From a virus (lineage: Duplodnaviria > Caudoviricetes), in IMG/VR virus record IMGVR_UViG_3300044990_000705, positions 1-52,401 of that record: a DNA stretch of 52,401 nt; one strand, written 5' to 3'. Within the stretch, counting starts at the first letter, position 1; every line of letters starts with the position of its first letter. Below the pieces are notes generated by a model. The model was not told where the DNA came from. It did no database searches and saw only the letters and a program-made list of their open reading frames with translations. The translations under genes and the position numbers were made by a program. Below are positions 47,536-52,401 of this stretch, in pieces.

Positions 47536-48390
47536 TTAGACAACTTCCACAAAAACTGGAAACCGAGGGACTTGTTTGCCAGGAGTTAGATGCTGGTATT
47601 TAACACGTAGTTTACGACCAACAAGTGATTCTTTTTCAAGCCAAAGTTGGGCAGATATTTCATCTGTCAGGCCAGAGCCACAAGAGAATATGTTACCAGT
47701 TTCACCTTTGCAAACAAGAGCACCGATTGTTTCCTTGCCATAGCCATTTTTATCAGTTTCTTCTTTCCAACTCACGATTTCATAGATATCTTCCTTTGCA
47801 GGTTTGAACTTCATTAACAATTGAGATCGAGATCGCTGGTACATGTTTTCACAGTGGCGCAAGATAATCCCCTCATATCCCATAGCCATATAGCGATCCA
47901 GCATACTCATAGCTTCAGTTAGTGATGAAATTAGAGCAAAAGGGACACGAACGATAGGCCAGATAAAGTAAAGATTGTTAAGAGCAACAAGCCGCTCCAT
48001 TTGATTTTTAGACTCATCAATCAGATCAAAAACGTGGTACTCGATTTCACCAATGTTAGCGTGAGTTGTTATGCGACTGCTTGCACACCGAGAATGGATT
48101 TCCTCAAAGCTCAAGCCATGTGCATAGAGTTCTCCATCAAGCTCAATTCCGGGGTTGTATAGGTGGAAATCATTTAGAGCTTTTTGGATGTGAGGTATTT
48201 GACGAAAAATAGCCTCACTGGATGATAGCATGACAGGCCAAGGGAGTTTAGTTCCCTCAACAATATCCACTGACCTACAACGCTCACCATCGAGTTTTGG
48301 TTGACAGATGTAAGGAGGTTGCCACTTTGCAAGTTTGCGTTCATCCAAAGGATTGCAGAGCATTATACCAGATCTTTTTGCGAGTTGCAC
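47536..48390 (-). CDS. ATP-dependent DNA ligase
   Basis: KLDGER, LDGELY, YHVFD, EGIILR, LMKFK, CGSG, PRFP. Confidence 0.93.
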   Translation of the reverse strand: MQLAKRSGIMLCNPLDERKLAKWQPPYICQPKLDGERCRSVDIVEGTKLPWPVMLSSSEAIFRQIPHIQKALNDFHLYNPGIELDGELYAHGLSFEEIHSRCASSRITTHANIGEIEYHVFDLIDESKNQMERLVALNNLYFIWPIVRVPFALISSLTEAMSMLDRYMAMGYEGIILRHCENMYQRSRSQLLMKFKPAKEDIYEIVSWKEETDKNGYGKETIGALVCKGETGNIFSCGSGLTDEISAQLWLEKESLVGRKLRVKYQHLTPGKQVPRFPVFVEVV

Positions 48391-48432
48391 TTTAGATCTC
48401 CCTCATTTTTGTACTTTTGTCCATAATGAAAA

Positions 48433-48488
48433 CCCACTTAGAGTTGTTTCAATAAGCACATTTGGTTATTGTTTGCTCTCTAAGTGGG
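48433..48488 (-). terminator. Long intergenic hairpin (terminator or processing site)
   Basis: cccacttagag/ctctaagtggg 11-bp stem plus inner caataa/ttattg; T4 follows on the minus strand. Confidence 0.5.
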
Positions 48489-48506
48489 CTTAGTTGGTGA
48501 TAGCGA

Positions 48507-48839
48507 TTACATACTTGCTTGCAATGCTTCCAGATAGGCCAGGCGTTCTTCCTGAGTCATTTTGCCAAACTTTGCTTTGGCCTGAGCGAGGACATCAACC
48601 GCAGATCGCTGCAACTGGATACCAGGCTTCCAGATTTCAGCCAATTCCAGCACATTTCCGCCCTTTTCCAATCTTGTGCGCATCAGGGCCTGCAAGGAGA
48701 TTTTGGCACTTTGGACGAAGTTGCTGAAAACCACTTCTCCACCAAACTTGTTAATTGCATCATCCAGATTGTCGCCAAAGTCATACTGGATTGTCGCTTC
48801 GAGATCGCCCTTTTTAGCTGCTACGTCAATATTAGCCAT
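48507..48839 (-). CDS. Hypothetical protein
   Basis: MANIDVAAKK start with AAAGGA; has its own promoter and downstream hairpin. Confidence 0.7.
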   Translation of the reverse strand: MANIDVAAKKGDLEATIQYDFGDNLDDAINKFGGEVVFSNFVQSAKISLQALMRTRLEKGGNVLELAEIWKPGIQLQRSAVDVLAQAKAKFGKMTQEERLAYLEALQASM

Positions 48840-48913
48840 TTTTTCAGATCCTTTCAATTTACAGATTGTTGCCGTTATTGGCATTTGATGGGTAATTCCC
48901 ATTGATGAAACAC

Positions 48914-48942
48914 ACATTAACATCATTTAATGGCCATGTCAA
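48914..48942 (-). promoter_or_regulatory. Putative sigma70-type promoter
   Basis: TTGACA-17 nt-TAATGT (same hexamers as the promoter at 2426). Confidence 0.65.
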
Positions 48943-49068
48943 CAATTATTTTCATTAATGATTTCAATGGTTTATGACCAAAAAATCACATATTTGTTTG
49001 GCATATATATTGCATACATCCTATGGCCACCAACTAAACATAGCAATTCGAGATAGGGTGATGAACTG

Positions 49069-49091
49069 CTATGTTTAATTTTTGAACATAG
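49069..49091. repeat. 23-bp palindromic motif, copy 18
   Basis: ctatgtttaatttttgaacatag. Confidence 0.9.
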
Positions 49092-49096
49092 GTGGG

Positions 49097-49432
49097 TTAT
49101 TTTATGACTTCAAAAGGGACGTTGATGAAAGGCGTATAGATTTTATCTTTGTAAAATGTAATAGCCCCAATTCCATCAATGTAGAATGTTTTCTTTCCAT
49201 CATAAGAATAATTGAAGTCCCAACAATTAGAGTGCCAACAGATAGAGCACTGGCCCTCAGAGTCTTCATTTTCATCATTCAAAGGATAAGGGAGAAAACT
49301 AGGTTTGAAAGTTATGTTGTATTGTGGATAAGTAGGATGTTGAGCATAGAGGTTTTTAGTGTAAGCATCAGCATTTGCAGATAATAAGCAAACACCAGCC
49401 ACAGCCATGATAGAGCGTTTTAAATAGTTCAT
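49097..49432 (-). CDS. Hypothetical exported protein
   Basis: Signal-peptide-like N-terminus (KRSIMAVAGVCLLSANADA). Confidence 0.6.
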   Translation of the reverse strand: MNYLKRSIMAVAGVCLLSANADAYTKNLYAQHPTYPQYNITFKPSFLPYPLNDENEDSEGQCSICWHSNCWDFNYSYDGKKTFYIDGIGAITFYKDKIYTPFINVPFEVIK

Positions 49433-49592
49433 TCTTTGTTCCTTTCATTTAATTGATTTAGATATTCAGTTAGAGATGCTATTGTAGTTTCAATTTCCTC
49501 TTTTATTTGACTCAGAGTTGTAGCATCATCAACTCCACAAGAGAAGATCTCACATTCATCCAGCAGAGATAGTTTAAGGGATTTTATCATCA

Positions 49593-49835
49593 TCAGGTTT
49601 CCACAACAAATACTTTTAAGTTATCTTTGGCTAAAACTCTTGTTATGTTAGTTCCATTTATTTTGGCCTCACAATTTACAGTTACAACTGGGATCATCTT
49701 GTCACCTGCAAGAGATTGTATGGTTACTTGCAGGCCACCAGTTATTCCTTTTGCCCTAAATGTGAGCACCCGCTCTTGGCCATCGACAGAGATGATAGCT
49801 TGGAAATTAGAGTAGTCTGGTTTTTTCTTACTCAT
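49593..49835 (-). CDS. Hypothetical protein
   Basis: 80 aa ORF. Confidence 0.6.
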   Translation of the reverse strand: MSKKKPDYSNFQAIISVDGQERVLTFRAKGITGGLQVTIQSLAGDKMIPVVTVNCEAKINGTNITRVLAKDNLKVFVVET

Positions 49836-49847
49836 TTTTTACCTTTT

Positions 49848-49877
49848 ATCCACTCACACTGTGAAATGTGAGTGGAT
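49848..49877. other. Intergenic perfect hairpin
   Basis: atccactcaca/tgtgagtggat 11-bp stem, 8-nt loop. Confidence 0.6.
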
Positions 49878-49891
49878 TTGGTTAGATTATT

Positions 49892-50125
49892 TCACGCTTG
49901 TAGTTTGTTCTTGCCATCATTGTGAGAGTTGACGAAGTTACCTCTGTGAAAGAAATCAGAAGGTAGGTCGAAGAGCTTTTTGCTCTGCTTTGTGCAGAAG
50001 TAGCAATTATCTTCTTCATACATAGGATAGGTGAACATGAACTTGCCAGTTTGCACACTAGGTGCACTTTTATCAGCGACAAGTTGGCGAGGGTAAGTTC
50101 CGCATTTTTTACAAAGTCTGGTCAT
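49892..50125 (-). CDS. Zn-finger-like hypothetical protein
   Basis: CKKC...CYFC; AGGAG RBS. Confidence 0.6.
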   Translation of the reverse strand: MTRLCKKCGTYPRQLVADKSAPSVQTGKFMFTYPMYEEDNCYFCTKQSKKLFDLPSDFFHRGNFVNSHNDGKNKLQA

Positions 50126-50291
50126 TTTTAGCTCCTTTTGAGGTTGTGAGGGTTGCTATTTGCTCTTTTGTCCAAACCACTGGCTTGCCATTCCTTTGAT
50201 ATCGGTAAGGGCTTGCTATTTTTAGTGGTTTGCGATATAGAGGACACTTTGCCAAGATGTCTTTTTTCTCTAATTGCCAGCAAATTTGCAC
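50109..50291 (-). CDS. Hypothetical protein
   Basis: GTG 50291 preceded by GGAGG. Confidence 0.5.
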   Translation of the reverse strand: MQICWQLEKKDILAKCPLYRKPLKIASPYRYQRNGKPVVWTKEQIATLTTSKGAKNDQTL

Positions 50292-50310
50292 TTCCGGATC
50301 CTCCCTTTGG

Positions 50311-50487
50311 TTAATCTTCCAGTGATTCATCCCATAGTTGATTTACTTCATCTATCATGTCGATTAATTCATTGCGCAAGTAGGTTAAAGTGTCATAAAT
50401 ATCCTCATAATCAGTATCCAGGCAAAGGTTACTTACCAAGCCAGCGAGTTTGTTTTCATACTCTTCTGCCAACTTTCTTGCGTTCAT
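50311..50487 (-). CDS. 58-aa acidic helical peptide (not in ORF track)
   Basis: MNARKLAEEYENKLAGLVSNLCLDTDYEDIYDTLTYLRNELIDMIDEVNQLWDESLED; AAAGGAG RBS. Confidence 0.65.
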   Translation of the reverse strand: MNARKLAEEYENKLAGLVSNLCLDTDYEDIYDTLTYLRNELIDMIDEVNQLWDESLED

Positions 50488-50498
50488 TTAATGATCTC

Positions 50499-50521
50499 CT
50501 TTGTTTAATTATTGAACATAG
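50499..50521. repeat. 23-bp palindromic motif, copy 19
   Basis: ctttgtttaattattgaacatag. Confidence 0.88.
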
Positions 50522-50896
50522 TTATGAGTGCCTAATAGCATCTCTTGAAATCCTCAAGTTTTGGCAGCTTGAGGATTTGGGGAGATGTTATGAGAACAAA
50601 ATGCACAGCGCTATTGATGTGAGAATGATTGCGCTTGTTATGAGCTCGTTTTTAAGTTCTCGCCAGAATATCTGGCCGACATAGTAATCAGCGCCGAGTT
50701 GGTTTTGCACACAAGGTGCGTGGTAATCAGTTAAGAGCATAGTTAAATCCTTTCAAGGATATCAATTAGTTCTACTTGTGACATATCTATATTGCGCTCG
50801 GATAAAGCAGTAGTAACTGCTATTATAACAGACTTGCTATCATCTGAAATGCAAGGGATTGTTATCACAGAGCCATCAGATAACTGTATTCCAATA

Positions 50897-51028
50897 TCAA
50901 AGTTCATAATTATCCTCTACATGCCATTCAGGATTTTCAAGCAAATTATCAAGAACCATCTCCCAATATTCCACACTATCATGCAGCGGAATCTCGAGCT
51001 CTTCTTCACACCATTGTTTTAGAGTCAT
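50897..51028 (-). CDS. 43-aa acidic peptide (not in ORF track)
   Basis: MTLKQWCEEELEIPLHDSVEYWEMVLDNLLENPEWHVEDNYEL; AAAGGAGG RBS. Confidence 0.6.
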   Translation of the reverse strand: MTLKQWCEEELEIPLHDSVEYWEMVLDNLLENPEWHVEDNYEL

Positions 51029-51038
51029 GTTTGGCCTC

Positions 51039-51061
51039 CTTTGTTTAAAAAATGAACAGAG
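51039..51061. repeat. 23-bp palindromic motif, copy 20
   Basis: ctttgtttaaaaaatgaacagag. Confidence 0.88.
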
Positions 51062-51143
51062 TTATTACCAAAAATCAGTTATTGTGGCCAACTTAACTTG
51101 CTCACGGTTAAAGCCACAATAACTTGCTCGCTATGCTCGCTGG

Positions 51144-51338
51144 TTATATCCCTTGTGCCTCATCCATTGCTTCATTTACTTCATCAAGACTTGTTGAAGT
51201 TTCATCTATGAGGTTTTCAAGAGAATCAAAAAGTTCATCCAGATCTGTTGCCAGTTCTACATCTGCAAGTGATGCTCTGATTCTGGCAGTTATTCTCTTC
51301 CTCAAGTCTTTGTCGATTTTCTCAATCTTTTTGCTCAT
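51144..51338 (-). CDS. Small protein with basic N-terminal half and acidic C-terminal half
   Basis: 64 aa, AAAGGA RBS. Confidence 0.65.
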   Translation of the reverse strand: MSKKIEKIDKDLRKRITARIRASLADVELATDLDELFDSLENLIDETSTSLDEVNEAMDEAQGI

Positions 51339-51350
51339 TTTCTTTTCCTT

Positions 51351-51956
51351 TCACATTGTTATCTTAACATTACCAGACAAAAAGTCACTTATGCTGGCGG
51401 GAGTGATTCCCTTTGCATTGCAATCTTTGGCATAATTGTTATAATTGTCAAGATCTTCTGGAGTGATGTCATTAGGGAAGATCTCAATTCCCTTTGCCTG
51501 TTTGCATCTTATCCTATCATCTTCACTAATTGGTAACTTTGGATCACAGCTATCTTTGTGCATATCGTTGTAGAGTTTATCACACTTTTGCATATTTCTG
51601 AGAACTTGCTGTTTAAGTGCTTCATCTTCACTGATAATTGCATTAGGATTGCTTTCAAAAGGCACAATAATACCTTGTGATCCTTTGCTATCACACATAA
51701 ACATATCAACTATTTTCTTATGCCTTTTGTTTTTAGCTAAAACTGGCAATCCTTGCTGGCTGAGATAATCAAGAGCCAGTGATTCAGAGAATGTAGTTCC
51801 ATTCTTACCAATATTAGCCATGAAGAACTCAAATGCTTTCTCAATAGCTTGACTTTTGCTTATGATAGGAACACCTAAATTCTTCAGAGCACTAAGACCT
51901 TGTGCGAACTGGCACACACTCAGATTGACTTGTATTGGAATCTTTAATTCTGTCAT
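51351..51956 (-). CDS. Hypothetical early protein
   Basis: About 201 aa; ATG 51956 with AAAGGA. Confidence 0.65.
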   Translation of the reverse strand: MTELKIPIQVNLSVCQFAQGLSALKNLGVPIISKSQAIEKAFEFFMANIGKNGTTFSESLALDYLSQQGLPVLAKNKRHKKIVDMFMCDSKGSQGIIVPFESNPNAIISEDEALKQQVLRNMQKCDKLYNDMHKDSCDPKLPISEDDRIRCKQAKGIEIFPNDITPEDLDNYNNYAKDCNAKGITPASISDFLSGNVKITM

Positions 51957-51957
51957 A

Positions 51958-52182
51958 TCAGATCCTTTCACCTACTGGCTTATAAACAGCTAAAACATCT
52001 GTATCTGTTTGAACTAAGTCAATTATCTGATTATCTCTCAATTCATTTAATTTGCAAAGAATGACAATTTCAGAGTAACTGTTGAAAAGCTCTGTAATTG
52101 TCTTAACTGGAATTCCATTCTTTGCTACATATACCATGTGGACTATTTTTCTACCTAACTGTTTTTGCTGATCAAATTGCAT
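51958..52182 (-). CDS. Hypothetical winged-helix-like protein
   Basis: 74 aa, first gene after the early promoter. Confidence 0.5.
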   Translation of the reverse strand: MQFDQQKQLGRKIVHMVYVAKNGIPVKTITELFNSYSEIVILCKLNELRDNQIIDLVQTDTDVLAVYKPVGERI

Positions 52183-52233
52183 TAGTTATCCTTTCATGTG
52201 TTTAATTGTTGACAATTGTTCAATTTGAATTGT

Positions 52234-52262
52234 ATGGTATCATTGAATTGGCGAATTGTCAA
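52234..52262 (-). promoter_or_regulatory. Putative sigma70-type early promoter
   Basis: TTGACA-17 nt-TACCAT with an AT-rich upstream region. Confidence 0.65.
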
Positions 52263-52355
52263 CAATTAATTTCGTAATAAAATGCAATAAAATCACATGG
52301 TTATAAAATGAATTTTAATTGATCCCAATTACAAAATCCCAAATGATTTGATGTT

Positions 52356-52401
52356 TTAAATCATGGGGCACCTCCACCACCGCCCGTGAACATAGTTGGT
52401 T
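52356..52401. repeat. Terminal direct repeat, right copy (circular overlap)
   Basis: Identical to 1-46. Confidence 0.95.

Noticed and set aside
253-51061. 23-bp repeats as a CRISPR array
   Set aside because: Copies are 0.5-5.5 kb apart and separated by genes, not by 30-40-nt spacers; the only cas-like gene is a solo Cas4-like exonuclease in a recombination module
3042-51061. 23-bp motif as integron attC or Xer dif sites
   Set aside because: TAAC...GTTA flanks resemble attC cores and CTATGTT resembles a XerD arm, but the motif is far shorter than attC, the arm orientation and spacer do not fit dif, no tyrosine recombinase was recognised, and copies sit between core genes
3042-51061. 23-bp motif as an intrinsic terminator or a known LexA box
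   Set aside because: AT-rich stem with non-compensatory mismatches and no consistent U tract; the GTTY-N7-RAAC inverted geometry differs from the LexA boxes I know (GAAC-N4-GTTC, TGTTC-N4-GAACA, direct GTTC-N7-GTTC). An unknown host regulator is not excluded
52194-52230. Additional motif copy near the early promoter
   Set aside because: Only partial (tgtttaattgttgacaa / tgttcaatttgaa); spacing and outer arms do not match the consensus

Overview
Apparently complete, circularly assembled (46-bp terminal overlap) ~52.36-kb dsDNA phage genome of podovirus-like architecture. The + strand arm (2491-35225) carries a putative TerS, about 12 kb of tail fibre/spike genes, a lysis cassette (GH108 endolysin), TerL, portal, scaffold, major capsid protein, tail tube/nozzle and large internal (ejection) proteins. 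The - strand arm (35288-52182, plus 625-1101) carries early and replication genes: ATP-dependent ligase, Cas4-like exonuclease, Sak4-like ATPase, SSB-like protein, ParB-DNA methyltransferase fusion, ThyX, DUF5664-like protein, family A DNA polymerase with a UDG-like N-terminus, and two helicase-like ATPases. I recognised no integrase, RNA polymerase, tRNA or CRISPR array. Main observations: (1) 20 copies of a 23-bp palindrome (CTWTGTTYA-W5-TRAACAWAG) spaced around the whole genome, together with a ParB(CTPase+HTH)-MTase fusion, suggesting a parS-like load-and-slide methylation system; (2) a mirror-symmetric origin-like element centred on nt 100 that contains two half-sites of the same palindrome; (3) a probable -1 programmed frameshift in a putative ejection-protein gene; (4) a stand-alone response regulator and an NrdD-type glycyl-radical mini-protein in or beside the lysis cassette; (5) an early ORF enclosed by a long G-U-compatible inverted repeat. 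All family assignments come from motif recognition by eye, not from database searches.
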